Shown piece after piece: positions 18,230 to 28,182 of a stretch of DNA of 64,000 bases; within the stretch, counting starts at the first letter, position 1, and each line of letters opens with the position of its first letter. Source of the stretch: an uncultured Rhodospirillaceae bacterium. Lineage in GTDB: Bacteria; Pseudomonadota; Alphaproteobacteria; GCA-2731375. Where the stretch lies: positions 27,625 through 91,624 of the forward strand of contig CAYFPL010000013.1 of NCBI GenBank assembly GCA_964344935.1. Reading direction: 5' to 3'. The notes under the pieces were generated by a model. It worked only from the letters and a program-made list of their open reading frames with translations. It was not told where the DNA came from and ran no database searches. A program made the translations under genes and the position numbers.

Positions 18230-19960
18230 ATGGTGGAGGGAACACAACGTAGGCTAGCAGCCATTTTGGCCGCTGATGTTGTCGGCTATTCCAGCCTGAT
18301 GGGTGAGGACGAGGCCGGCACTTTATCTGCACTTCGATCAATGCGTACTGACTTGTTAGTACCGGCTGTCAGCGCCCATCGCGGCACCATCGTGAAAAGC
18401 ATGGGCGATGGCTGGTTGATTGCATTCGACAGTGCTGCGGAAGCGGTCAGTTGTGCGGTCGAATGGCAGGAAAAACTGTCCGAGCAAGCGTATCTGGCTG
18501 TAAGGATGGGCCTTCATATCGGCGATGTTACCTACGCTGATGGCGACGTGTACGGCGATGGCGTCAATATTGCTGCACGCCTGCAGGAAATCGCCGAGCC
18601 TGGCGCCATCGTGATTTCAGAGACGGCGAAAAGAAGCATCGATGGGCGGCTGGCAACTGATTTCAACGATCTAGGGCGGGTTGAGTTAAAGAACATCGCC
18701 GAGCCTGTCACAGCGTTCGGTTGGGGCATGTCTGCCGTCGCGGCCGACGCCGTCACGTTGCCCTTGCCCGATAAGCCCTCGATCGCAGTTCTGCCCTTCA
18801 ACAATATGTCGGGCGATCCAGAACAGGAGCACTTCGCCGACGGCATCGCCGAAGACATCATTACATCGTTATCAAAATTCCACCTATTCTTCGTGATCGC
18901 CCGTAACTCCAGTTTTACATACAAGGGCAGACCAGTTGACGCGAAGCAAGTGGGGCAGGAACTTGGTGTACGTTACATATTGGAAGGTAGCGTGCGCAAG
19001 GCCGACAATCGAATTCGGATCACATCCCAGTTAATCGAAGCTGCAACCGGGCATCAAGTTTGGGCAGAGCGCTACGACCGCGAACTCCATGACATCTTCG
19101 CTTTGCAAGACGAGATGACGGACACGATTGTCGGCGCTTTGGAACCCGAGATCGGGGCGGCGGAACGCAACCGCGCCAAGCGGAAAAGACCCGATAGCCT
19201 TGACGCCTGGGAGTTTTATCAACGGGGGCTTTGGCATCTTTGGCGAACAACGATGTCTGATTACACAGAGGCGGAAAGACTTTTTGACAGCGCAATTGAA
19301 CTGGATTCCGGGTTCGCTCCGGCCCATGCAAGCCTTTCCTATCTCAACTTTGCCAGAGTCCTGTTCGGATGGACGGACAAACCAGAAGATTGTCTCGACA
19401 ATGCTCTGCGCACCGGAAAACAGGCAGTGGCGGCGGATGAAAACGACGCTTTCGGCCATTATGCACTGGGCCGAATTCATAGCATGAGAGGTGAATTTGA
19501 TGCCGCTATTGCGGAATTGGAAAAGTCACTCGAACTCAACCCCAATCACGTACATGCGGAATTTGGTCTCGGATTTGTGCATTGTTGGCGGGGCAAACCG
19601 GAAGAGGCGCTGCCGCGCTTCGTAAAGGCAATCCGGCAAAGTCCCCGTGATCCGGCGTTCTGGACATTCGAAGGAATGATGGGGTTCGCCCATTTGCAGC
19701 TCGGCCGCTACGATGCCGCGGTCGAATGGTCGAAGAAATCCGTCCGGCATCCGAATAGTACTGTTTGGCCACAATTGAACCTTGCGCGATCGCTGGTAAG
19801 TCTCGGCCAGCTTGATCAGGCGCGCAAGGCATTGAGTGATGCACTTAAGATACAGCCAAATATTTCAGCGAAGACCATCACCATGATGTTTGGCGCGATG
19901 CACAAGGCACATCGGGACTCCTACATTGAGGCCCTCCGCCAAGTGGGCCTGCCCGATTGA
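18230..19960 (+). CDS. Class III adenylate/guanylate cyclase fused to a TolB-N-like middle domain and C-terminal TPR region (paralog 1)
   Basis: RRLAAILAADVVGYS...MGDG...GDGVNIAARL is the cyclase core, then VLPFNNMSGDPEQEHFADG and TPR-like helices. It is a paralog of the genes at 22073, 28183 and 38850. GTG start. Confidence 0.8.
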   Translation: MVEGTQRRLAAILAADVVGYSSLMGEDEAGTLSALRSMRTDLLVPAVSAHRGTIVKSMGDGWLIAFDSAAEAVSCAVEWQEKLSEQAYLAVRMGLHIGDVTYADGDVYGDGVNIAARLQEIAEPGAIVISETAKRSIDGRLATDFNDLGRVELKNIAEPVTAFGWGMSAVAADAVTLPLPDKPSIAVLPFNNMSGDPEQEHFADGIAEDIITSLSKFHLFFVIARNSSFTYKGRPVDAKQVGQELGVRYILEGSVRKADNRIRITSQLIEAATGHQVWAERYDRELHDIFALQDEMTDTIVGALEPEIGAAERNRAKRKRPDSLDAWEFYQRGLWHLWRTTMSDYTEAERLFDSAIELDSGFAPAHASLSYLNFARVLFGWTDKPEDCLDNALRTGKQAVAADENDAFGHYALGRIHSMRGEFDAAIAELEKSLELNPNHVHAEFGLGFVHCWRGKPEEALPRFVKAIRQSPRDPAFWTFEGMMGFAHLQLGRYDAAVEWSKKSVRHPNSTVWPQLNLARSLVSLGQLDQARKALSDALKIQPNISAKTITMMFGAMHKAHRDSYIEALRQVGLPD

Positions 19961-20296
19961 CCCTGACCGCAATCCTACGTGACTTGATGCCGTAACGCGG
20001 TGAGGCTTTGGGCCGCGAGATTGTCCGAGGCCCCTATGTCGACCCATGACCACCGAAACGCGCCGGAAAATGAACTGTAATGCCATCCCGGTTCTAGGAT
20101 CGCTGATTAGCGCATGCTCGAGATTGGGTGTCTTGCAGACATGGACCAAACTTAGGATTTGGTCTGTTCGGTGCCATGAGCGGTTAGGCGGTCTGACCGC
20201 GTTTCAGACGCAATGCCCCTCGGCCGACATTCGCGTTCATGGTTAACGGGCCGTTAGCAAATTCCGGTCACATTCCATAATCCATACATCCTAAGG

Positions 20297-21769
20297 GTGT
20301 CGGAAATTTGGGGTAATCCGTTCTGGAATGGGGCAATGGCACAGACAGAGCAAGCGAGCAGCGGTGTGATCGACGCTGAAGCGACCGCTGACGAGACCGG
20401 TCGGGCATTGGCCGGAGAATTGGCGGAGCGCGTGGGGGGCTTTGGAATCGAAGTCGCAGGTGTCGCCGGTAACATTGAAGACGTGGCGCAACTGGTCCAT
20501 CAACAGGCCGATCAGTTCCATGGCATGCGAGGTGATGTGCAAAAGATCATCGATGCCAACCAGCAGATCGACGGCGCCGCGCAGAACGCTCTCGAAACCG
20601 CGCGAGAATCCGCTAAGACCATGTCGCAGTCGCGGGAAACAGTCGAAAATGCGATCGAGACTATCAGGGAACTTGTTTCCGCCGTCACCGAGATATCGAG
20701 TCAGTTGGAGAACCTATCCACCTCTCTCAACCAAGTTGCCAAGGTCAGTGGCGTGATCGATGACATCGCCAGCCAAACGAACCTGTTGGCGTTAAACGCG
20801 ACCATCGAGGCCGCGAGGGCCGGCGATGCAGGCCGGGGCTTCGCGGTGGTGGCCAGCGAAGTGAAGAATCTTGCCGGCCAGACCGCCAATGCGACCACGG
20901 AAATATCGTCAACCGTGGGCGATCTGAATACAAGGGTCGATGCCCTGCAGCAGACAATGGAAGCAGCGAGCAAAAACACCGAGGCTGCCAGCACCGGCAC
21001 CAATGCGATCGGTGATATTATCGCTGAAGTCAGCGCCCGCTTGCAGCAGACCGAAGAACAGATCGGCACCATCGCCTCAGCTTCCGACGCCAACCAGAAT
21101 TCCTGCGCCGCCGTAAACCATGAATTGACTGCGATGGGCGACAGCGTCGATCACACCGCCGACAATCTGCGTCACGCCGACGATGCGGTGCAGGGTCTGT
21201 TGAACATGAACGAAGACCTGATGGAGGTGATCGCCCAGAGTGGCTGTCAAACGGTCGATACGCCCTTTGTTCAGGCCGTCACAGAATTTGCAGCACAGAT
21301 TTCGGACATCTTCGAGCAAGCCGTGAGGGAGGGCGAGATCAGCGCCGACGATCTGTTCGACAGAAACTATGAGGATATCCCGGCTACCGATCCGGCTCAG
21401 GTGATGGGCAAATTTACCGCATTCACCGATCGCGTCTTGCCGGCCATCCAGGAACCCGCCCTGGAACTGGATGAGCGGGTGGTTTTCTGCGCCGCTGTTG
21501 ATACCTTGGGCTACTTGCCGACCCACAATTCGAAGTTTTCCCGCCCCCAGGGGAACGATCCGGTCTGGAATGCTGCCAACTGTCGCAACCGGCGGATGTT
21601 CGTGGACCGCACGGGCCTAGCGGCGGCGCAAAACACCAAACCGTTTCTGCTGCAGACCTATCGGCGCGACATGGGCGGCGGCGAATTCGCAATCATGAAG
21701 GATGTCTCCGCGCCCATCGTGGTCAACGGCCGGCACTGGGGAGGTCTGCGCCTAGCCTACCGCGCCTAG
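20297..21769 (+). CDS. Soluble methyl-accepting chemotaxis protein-domain protein with uncharacterised C-terminal domain
   Basis: MCP signalling domain [32 protein letters not shown] with no TM segments. The C-terminal ~200 aa was not recognised. The start is 20297 (GTG) or 20336 (ATG). The stop abuts R2. Confidence 0.7.
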   Translation: MSEIWGNPFWNGAMAQTEQASSGVIDAEATADETGRALAGELAERVGGFGIEVAGVAGNIEDVAQLVHQQADQFHGMRGDVQKIIDANQQIDGAAQNALETARESAKTMSQSRETVENAIETIRELVSAVTEISSQLENLSTSLNQVAKVSGVIDDIASQTNLLALNATIEAARAGDAGRGFAVVASEVKNLAGQTANATTEISSTVGDLNTRVDALQQTMEAASKNTEAASTGTNAIGDIIAEVSARLQQTEEQIGTIASASDANQNSCAAVNHELTAMGDSVDHTADNLRHADDAVQGLLNMNEDLMEVIAQSGCQTVDTPFVQAVTEFAAQISDIFEQAVREGEISADDLFDRNYEDIPATDPAQVMGKFTAFTDRVLPAIQEPALELDERVVFCAAVDTLGYLPTHNSKFSRPQGNDPVWNAANCRNRRMFVDRTGLAAAQNTKPFLLQTYRRDMGGGEFAIMKDVSAPIVVNGRHWGGLRLAYRA

Positions 21770-21780
21770 GCGATATTTCG

Positions 21781-21934
21781 CGCCTACACCACCTTGCACG
21801 TCCGCGGCCGGGCCCATGTGGCGGCTTTGATGGGATAGGGGCAACAGGGTGTGGGATCGGCGATCTGTATTGGCGCCAGATCTGATTCAGCCGAGCAGGT
21901 GCCCACATCCGCGTTGTGCCAAGAGCGGACTGTC
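21781..21934 (+). repeat. R2: degenerate copy of the dehydratase 3' end and downstream region
   Basis: tacaccaccttgcacgtccgcggccgggcccatgtggcggctttgatgggatag...gatctgattcagccgagcaggtgcccacatccgcgttgtgccaagagcggact aligns to R0/R1. Confidence 0.8.
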
Positions 21935-22072
21935 AAATTCTCTCAATACATGACATCTGGGCCCCAAAATCCGAAGCCGTTCGCGGCGACATGAGCCGAC
22001 AATCGGCAAAACTCGCTCAACTGGTGAAGATTAAATAATATGTCTAGTATATCCCGGTCCGGTTGAACGGAG

Positions 22073-24295
22073 ATGGAGATGGCCGAGGCAGGCGTTGAGC
22101 GGCGGCTGGCAGCAATCGTCATTGCCGATGTGGTGGGGTATTCCAGGCTCATCCGCGAAGACGAGGCGGGCACGTTGGCTCGATTTCAACGCCTGCAAAC
22201 AACGATCTTCCAACCCCGCATCGCCGAGTATGGCGACCGCGTGGTCAAGACCATGGGGGATTCCTATCTGCTTGAGTTCCCCTCTGCCGTCGCCGCCGTC
22301 GAATGCTGTACAGCCATTCAAAAGGCCATGTCCTTTCACGAAATTGAAACGCCGGAGGAAAGGCGGATCAGGTTCCGCGTTGGCATCAACCTGGGCGACA
22401 TTGTTGTCGACGGCGAGGATATTCATGGCGACGGCGTAAATGTCGCGGCGCGACTTGAAAGCATGGCCGAGCCGGGCGGCATACTGGTCTCCAACGCTGT
22501 TTACGAACAGGTGCGGGACAAACTCTCTGCTGGGTTTGAAGACAAGGGCGAGATCGAGGTCAAGAACATCGCCCGCCCCGTGCGGGTGTTCCAGGTACGG
22601 TCGACGGGACCGGCGGCAACCGTGCCGGCGGGCGAAGAGGCTGCGAAACCGCGCGGGAGAATATGGCTCGCAGCAGCCTTGGCGGTCCTGCTGATCGCCG
22701 TTGCCGGTGGCGCCTGGTGGTGGCTGCTCCGTGACGCAGCGCCGGTCGCCGCGAACCCGACAATCGCCGTCCTGCCGTTCGAAAATTTGTCCGAAGACGC
22801 CAGCCAGGCGTATTTCGCGGAAGGCATGGCGGAGGACATCATCACCGATTTGTCGAAGATCGACGGCCTGGCCGTGATTTCGCGCACCAGTTCCTTCTCG
22901 TTCAAGGGCAAGGCCGTCGACATCAAGACCATCGGCAAGGCGCTTAACGCCCGCTACGTGTTGGAGGGTTCAGTGCGCCGCGCCGGTGGCCAGCTCCGTA
23001 TCAATGCGCAGCTCATTGACGCCGCCTCCGGCGGACACCTCTGGGCCGAGCGCTACGACGGCGATGTGGGCAAGGTGTTCGCTTTTCAGGACCAGATGAC
23101 GGCGGCGATCGTCCAAGCTCTGGCAGTGACGGTGACCAAAAGCGAAGGGACGCGTCTGGCGCGCAAGAGAACGAGCAATCCGAAAGCCTACGATTTCATT
23201 CTGCGTGGACGCGCAGCGCTGTACCGGTTCAATCCAAAGAGTCTGTCCCAGGCTGTGGATTTCTATGAGCAGGCAATTGCGCTGGACCCGGATTATGCCG
23301 ATGCCCATGCCGGCCATGCGGCGGCCGCGAGTCAGATCTATCGTTACGATTGGGCCACCTCCGCATTATCGCCGGACGCGGCGCGGGAACTGGCGGAGCG
23401 TTCTATGGTGAGGGCGTTGCAGCTCGATCCGGAAAACGCCAGTGCGCTCACCACACAGGCAAATATGTTGCTGCGGACGAGTGGCAATATGAAGCGAAGC
23501 ATCGAACTCATTCGGCGGGCCATTGCGCTTGAACCCGGCAACTACCATATTCGTCGAACACTGGCATGGCGCTACGCCCAAGCAGATCGGCCCAAGGACG
23601 CACTGCGGGAACTCGATCTCGCGATGCGACTGGCCCCGCGGCCGACACCCGGCGAGGCTGCCCTCATCGGTGATACCTTGTACTACGCTGGTGATGTTCC
23701 GCGCGCGGTGGACTTTCTGGAGATGGCGCGGAAAGGGATGAAGGGCGTTGCCTGGATACGTAGGAAATTGGCAGCAGCTTATTTCGAGGCGGGGCAATTG
23801 GCCAAGGCCAATGCTGAGATCCAAGCATTGCTTGGCGTCAAGAAATGGGCGAATAGGAATGTCCGACGCGAGGCAATGTATCTTAACCATTTAGCCTCTG
23901 GTGTGCGGCAGCGCTATCTCGAATCCTTGCGCCTCGCTGGTCTGCCGGAGTGGCCAAATGGATACGAGCCGGATCTGTCCCAGCAATTGGACGGCGAAGC
24001 GATCCGCAAACTGATTTTCGGCCAGACCCGCATCGGCAGATCGAACGTAGTCGGTCCGTATGTGTCGGACATTGCCCCTAATGGCGATTTCGTGTTTCGT
24101 TTCGGTAAATCCGTCGTCAAAGGACGTTATTGGCTCGACGATGACTCAATTTGCTACAACCTTCCTCGCTGGTATGCCTCCGACAGAGGCTTTTGCGGCT
24201 TGATTCTTCGCAACCCAGACGGCAACTACGAAAAGCAAGACGAGTTCATTCACATCAATCCTAATTCCGTCGGGAAATTTTCGATCAAACGCTGA
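22073..24295 (+). CDS. Cyclase-TolB-like-TPR paralog 2, with a TM helix after the cyclase domain and an extra C-terminal domain
   Basis: Same N-terminal CYC core. RIWLAAALAVLLIAVAGGAWWWLL is a predicted TM helix, then VLPFENLSEDASQAYFAEG. The extra ~120-aa C-terminus was not recognised. Confidence 0.8.
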   Translation: MEMAEAGVERRLAAIVIADVVGYSRLIREDEAGTLARFQRLQTTIFQPRIAEYGDRVVKTMGDSYLLEFPSAVAAVECCTAIQKAMSFHEIETPEERRIRFRVGINLGDIVVDGEDIHGDGVNVAARLESMAEPGGILVSNAVYEQVRDKLSAGFEDKGEIEVKNIARPVRVFQVRSTGPAATVPAGEEAAKPRGRIWLAAALAVLLIAVAGGAWWWLLRDAAPVAANPTIAVLPFENLSEDASQAYFAEGMAEDIITDLSKIDGLAVISRTSSFSFKGKAVDIKTIGKALNARYVLEGSVRRAGGQLRINAQLIDAASGGHLWAERYDGDVGKVFAFQDQMTAAIVQALAVTVTKSEGTRLARKRTSNPKAYDFILRGRAALYRFNPKSLSQAVDFYEQAIALDPDYADAHAGHAAAASQIYRYDWATSALSPDAARELAERSMVRALQLDPENASALTTQANMLLRTSGNMKRSIELIRRAIALEPGNYHIRRTLAWRYAQADRPKDALRELDLAMRLAPRPTPGEAALIGDTLYYAGDVPRAVDFLEMARKGMKGVAWIRRKLAAAYFEAGQLAKANAEIQALLGVKKWANRNVRREAMYLNHLASGVRQRYLESLRLAGLPEWPNGYEPDLSQQLDGEAIRKLIFGQTRIGRSNVVGPYVSDIAPNGDFVFRFGKSVVKGRYWLDDDSICYNLPRWYASDRGFCGLILRNPDGNYEKQDEFIHINPNSVGKFSIKR

Positions 24296-24600
24296 GAGCT
24301 CTCAGGTCCGTTCTGGATCGTATGCCACGAGCGTTCCATGAGCACCTGCGACACATGGTGTGCGAGAGATGAAGAAGGTTTTCCCCGGGTTCGTTCGTCA
24401 CGGGCTGAATCCAAGCCATCGCAGGCGACAACTGGAGGCTTGTACTTCAATGCTTGGTGAGTACCAACTTTGAAACGGCGATGCCCGCTCCCTGTCAGAG
24501 GCCGACGTCGTTAAGCCCAAGAGGTCACCGTTCCTAATGCGGAACAAAGAGCGCGACGGGCTCGGAGAACCCTTTCAGTTCTTCTGAGCCTGCGGCCTCG
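24296..24600 (+). repeat. R2': partial or alternative-form array repeat, sharing the 5' segment of R3
   Basis: 24296-24332 resembles 27115-27160 (ctcaggtccgttctgg... against ctgaggtccgctctgg...). 24549-24598 resembles 27205-27260 (gggctcggagaaccctttcag...gcctgcggcctcgaac). Confidence 0.55.
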
Positions 24601-24849
24601 AACCGCAGGTCGGTGTTCTCGCAGGCGCGCCTGGTTTCATCGGAAGCAAAGATGCGGCGGTAGGGTGTGGCCCAGAGAACCGCAATGGCGCCGAATACAT
24701 ACCAGCCGAGTGACAGGCCATTGCTTCGATTTCGACTCGCCATTGAACCCAAATGAATTAATTCTTTCTGGGGTGCCTTTACCGGTTCAAATTTGTAGCG
24801 GTATGTGATCCCGAGAACACAACCTTGATGTAGCGAATTAGACAAGAAC

Positions 24850-27114
24850 TTGACTGGCAAAACAAAAATTGTGGAAACGACATCGGTTGCCCGCGACGAA
24901 GAGTTCGCCATAAATCAATGGCTCGCAGTCTTTCGAGACGCCAGCACCGAACACATGTACCGGCAATCGCAGTCGGCGACGGAACGGCGTAAGACAATAC
25001 TATTGGCGGTACTGCTTATCGTCGCGATGTTCTTTTTTGTTTTTGCCGCCTACACGGCCTTCGGTCTCGGTCCAGACTTCGTGCAGGCGTTGGCTATCAG
25101 AAGCATCGGATTGGCACTGAGCGTGACGCTTCTCGTAGCCGCATTCAAGCAAGCCTCCTACAAAGTCCTGGATCGAATTTTCATACTATTGGCAGGCGCC
25201 TTTGTCTTCACGACGCTGGCCTTGATGCACCATGTCGATCCAACCCGCATTACTCTGGTTATACGGACGCTGCTGTTCATATCTTTTGGCTATATGCTTC
25301 TACCCATCCCGCTGCTGCCTTTGACGATGTCTTTGTCCGCTCTAGGACTGATCGTGATGTTTCAGGTCGTCTTCTTTTTCGAATTTACCACGCCAGAACG
25401 TATCGTCCTTGTCATCTCGGCGGTTTTTGTGAATGTGATTGGCTACATCACTGCGCGATCAATGTACTGTCAGCGTCGCGAAACCTACGCCAGTCAAATC
25501 TCCCTGGAACGGGCGAACCGGGAATTGCAGGCGATCAGCGATTCCTTGAGCGGCCAAGTCGAATTGCGAGAGGGGCAACTAAGCGAGGCCGCGCGCGAGC
25601 TGCAAGGCCAGGCTGATCAGTTGCGGCTGATTGCCGATGCTATGCCGGCGTTGATCGTTTATGTGGATGCGTCGCAACGCCTGCAATTTGTGAATGAGAC
25701 GGCGGAGCAATGGCTTGCCCGGCCATCGCGCGAGCTTTTGGGCCGCGCAACGTCTGAAGTCTTCGGAGCCTCGTTATCCCACGCCGCGCGACATCAGATC
25801 GATGCGGTTTTGGCGGGGAAACCTCAATTCTTTGAAAGCGCCCAAACCTATCCCGACGGTCAAACACGGGAGGTGGCCGCGAACTATATTCCCCATTTCG
25901 ATGAAAACGGTCTGGTTCTTGGTTTCTATGCCTTGGTTGTCGACATCACCGAACGGCGTGCTTTGGAAGAGCGTCTGAGGCAGTCCGAGAAAATGGAGGC
26001 GATTGGTCATTTGACCGGCGGCATCGCGCACGAATTCAATAATTTGCTGCAGGTCGTCAACGGCAATATCTCGCTTCTGGCGGACGATATTCCAAACGAT
26101 CCGGCGTCAGTCCATCTATTTCGAGCGATCAAAAGGAACGTGGCACGCGGGGCCGAACTGACCAGTCGTCTGCTGTCGTTCGGACGCCGGCAACAGTTGG
26201 CTCCCAAGGCTTTGGTGATCGGTGATGTGCTTGCGGAGATGCAGGGCATGCTGGGGCAGACCCTGGGCGAGATGATTGAGGTCAAGGTCGCACCAGCAGT
26301 TGACGTTTGGGAGGTTGAAGCCGACCCAGGCCAGTTGGAAAACGCCCTGTTGAACCTTACCCTGAACGCCCGCGACGCCATGCCCAATGGCGGTGTCATA
26401 ACACTGTCCGCCGAAAACATCTCGTTCGACGAGGAAGCTTCGGCGGAGCATGAAGAGGCGAGGTCAGGTAGCTACGTAATGTTGAGCGTGACCGACGACG
26501 GCAGCGGCATGACGAAGGAAGCAATGAGCCGCGCGTTTGAACCGTTCTTCACCACCAAGGATGTTGGCGAAGGCACCGGGCTTGGCCTCAGCATGGTCTA
26601 TGGTTTTGCCCAACAATCAGGCGGCTTCGCCGAAATCGATAGCGTGTTGGACCAGGGCACCACCGCACGCTTGTACCTGCCCAGGCTGGTCGGAACGAAG
26701 GGCGAAGAAACGGCCCCTCAGGATGGTCCGGCTGTGACTGATTTGCCCCGCAGCGGCACCATTCTTCTGGTCGAGGATAACGCAGACGTCAGAGGGTCGC
26801 TGGCGGGCGAGCTAACCGGACTGGGCTACAAGGTGATAGAGGCCCATGACGGCGCGGCGGCCTTGGCTCGTCTGGCCGATGAGGGGCAGCTTGATTTGCT
26901 ATTCACGGATGTGGTGATGCCCGGCGGGCTAAATGGTCTTGAGTTAGCGCGTCAGGCGCTACGACTTCGGCCGCAGCTCAAGGTGCTCTATACCACTGGC
27001 TACAGTGATGAAATTATCATCGAAGCGGGGCAGCTGCCGGATGGCGCCACTGTACTACGCAAACCATTCGACAAGGTCGAACTAGCCGCCACGATTTCCC
27101 ACATTCTAAATTGA
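24850..27114 (+). CDS. Hybrid sensor histidine kinase / response regulator (membrane N-terminus, PAS, HisKA, HATPase_c, C-terminal receiver)
   Basis: HEFNNLL is an H-box and GTGLGLS a G-box. The receiver domain includes LLVEDNADVR...DLLFTDVVMPG. The exact start is uncertain. Confidence 0.85.
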   Translation: MTGKTKIVETTSVARDEEFAINQWLAVFRDASTEHMYRQSQSATERRKTILLAVLLIVAMFFFVFAAYTAFGLGPDFVQALAIRSIGLALSVTLLVAAFKQASYKVLDRIFILLAGAFVFTTLALMHHVDPTRITLVIRTLLFISFGYMLLPIPLLPLTMSLSALGLIVMFQVVFFFEFTTPERIVLVISAVFVNVIGYITARSMYCQRRETYASQISLERANRELQAISDSLSGQVELREGQLSEAARELQGQADQLRLIADAMPALIVYVDASQRLQFVNETAEQWLARPSRELLGRATSEVFGASLSHAARHQIDAVLAGKPQFFESAQTYPDGQTREVAANYIPHFDENGLVLGFYALVVDITERRALEERLRQSEKMEAIGHLTGGIAHEFNNLLQVVNGNISLLADDIPNDPASVHLFRAIKRNVARGAELTSRLLSFGRRQQLAPKALVIGDVLAEMQGMLGQTLGEMIEVKVAPAVDVWEVEADPGQLENALLNLTLNARDAMPNGGVITLSAENISFDEEASAEHEEARSGSYVMLSVTDDGSGMTKEAMSRAFEPFFTTKDVGEGTGLGLSMVYGFAQQSGGFAEIDSVLDQGTTARLYLPRLVGTKGEETAPQDGPAVTDLPRSGTILLVEDNADVRGSLAGELTGLGYKVIEAHDGAAALARLADEGQLDLLFTDVVMPGGLNGLELARQALRLRPQLKVLYTTGYSDEIIIEAGQLPDGATVLRKPFDKVELAATISHILN

Positions 27115-27425
27115 AGTCATAAGCCTCTGAGGTCCGCTCTGGGTCAAATGCCGACGCACGTGGGCTCCAGAGATCATCATTCCCAGTGCGGCACTAACAG
27201 CTCAACGGGCTCCGAGAACCCTTTTTTCAGCGCCTCAGTGCCTGCGGCATCAACATCGACGGCGAAACCTACACCGCCCAGCACGAACGCGACCGGGCGC
27301 ACGTGGCCCGGCTGATGAGAAAGCGGCGGCAGGGTGTGGGACCGCCGATCCGTAAAACAGCCGATTATTTATCCGCCGAGCGACCGGATAAGAATGCCTG
27401 CATTGTGTCATGGGCGGACATTGCC
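27115..27425 (+). repeat. R3: long form of the array repeat (5' extension + a frameshifted copy of dehydratase codons + the downstream part)
   Basis: 27247-27300 ctgcggcatcaacatcgacggcgaaacctacaccgcccagcacgaacgcgaccgggcgcacgtgg is near-identical to native 14242-14300 with a 1-nt deletion. The downstream part aligns to R0-R2. Confidence 0.85.
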
Positions 27426-27522
27426 AAAACCTGATAGACACGAAGAGTATGGAAGTCGGGTTTTGCAAAGCCGGTTAAGTGCGATCAATTCGAACCGTAA
27501 TCACCACCGAAAAGGATTCATC

Positions 27523-27942
27523 ATGGCAATTGAACTAAACCACATGATCGTCCATGCCGTGGACCAGCAAAAGTCGGCTCAGTTTTACTGCGACATTTTC
27601 GGATTAGAGTACCAAGAGTTATTTGATGGCCACTTTCTGGCGGTTCGCATAAACGGATCGCTGACGCTTGACTTTGAACGCGTCATGAACCCGCCAACTA
27701 TGAGGCAACATCTTGCATTCAAAGTCAGCGAGCCGGAATTTGATGAGATATTTGATCGGATCAGGGCGGGTAAAATTCCATACAACAGTTCGCCTGACTA
27801 TAGGGCCATGGATATGAAGGTTAATCACCACAACGGTGGGCGAGGGGTATACTTCCGAGATCTGGACGGAAATATGCTGGAAATTCTGACGGCGGACTAT
27901 GATGACAGCCAGCCCTTCGAGTACGGCATTCATGATCGTTGA
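27523..27942 (+). CDS. VOC (glyoxalase/bleomycin-resistance/dioxygenase) family protein
   Basis: MAIELNHMIVHAVDQQKSAQFYCDIFGL and YFRDLDGNMLEI are the two VOC beta-alpha-beta-beta-beta module motifs. Confidence 0.75.
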   Translation: MAIELNHMIVHAVDQQKSAQFYCDIFGLEYQELFDGHFLAVRINGSLTLDFERVMNPPTMRQHLAFKVSEPEFDEIFDRIRAGKIPYNSSPDYRAMDMKVNHHNGGRGVYFRDLDGNMLEILTADYDDSQPFEYGIHDR

Positions 27943-28182
27943 GGCCAGTCTGTGCGGCCTAGCCGCGCAAGGAATGTTGATCATTGAAAAACGAAGTGCC
28001 GCCGCGTGCATCGCCGTCAATCACTGAAAAGCCGGGGTTTGGATCGGGAACCGCGCGCTCCCAAACGGTCGCGGCAATTTCATCGGCCACCGCCGCCCTG
28101 GTTCGAAAACGGCCCCTTTGCGTCTGCCTCGCCTAGTTTTCTTTCTCGGTTGAATTAGAATGTCTCGGAAGGAGGCGTTCCA

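Noticed and set aside
24534-24911. 125-aa minus-strand ORF spanning the R2' repeat and the 5' end of the histidine kinase
   Set aside because: It lies across repeat sequence and overlaps the kinase start. It has no motif and is more likely non-coding.
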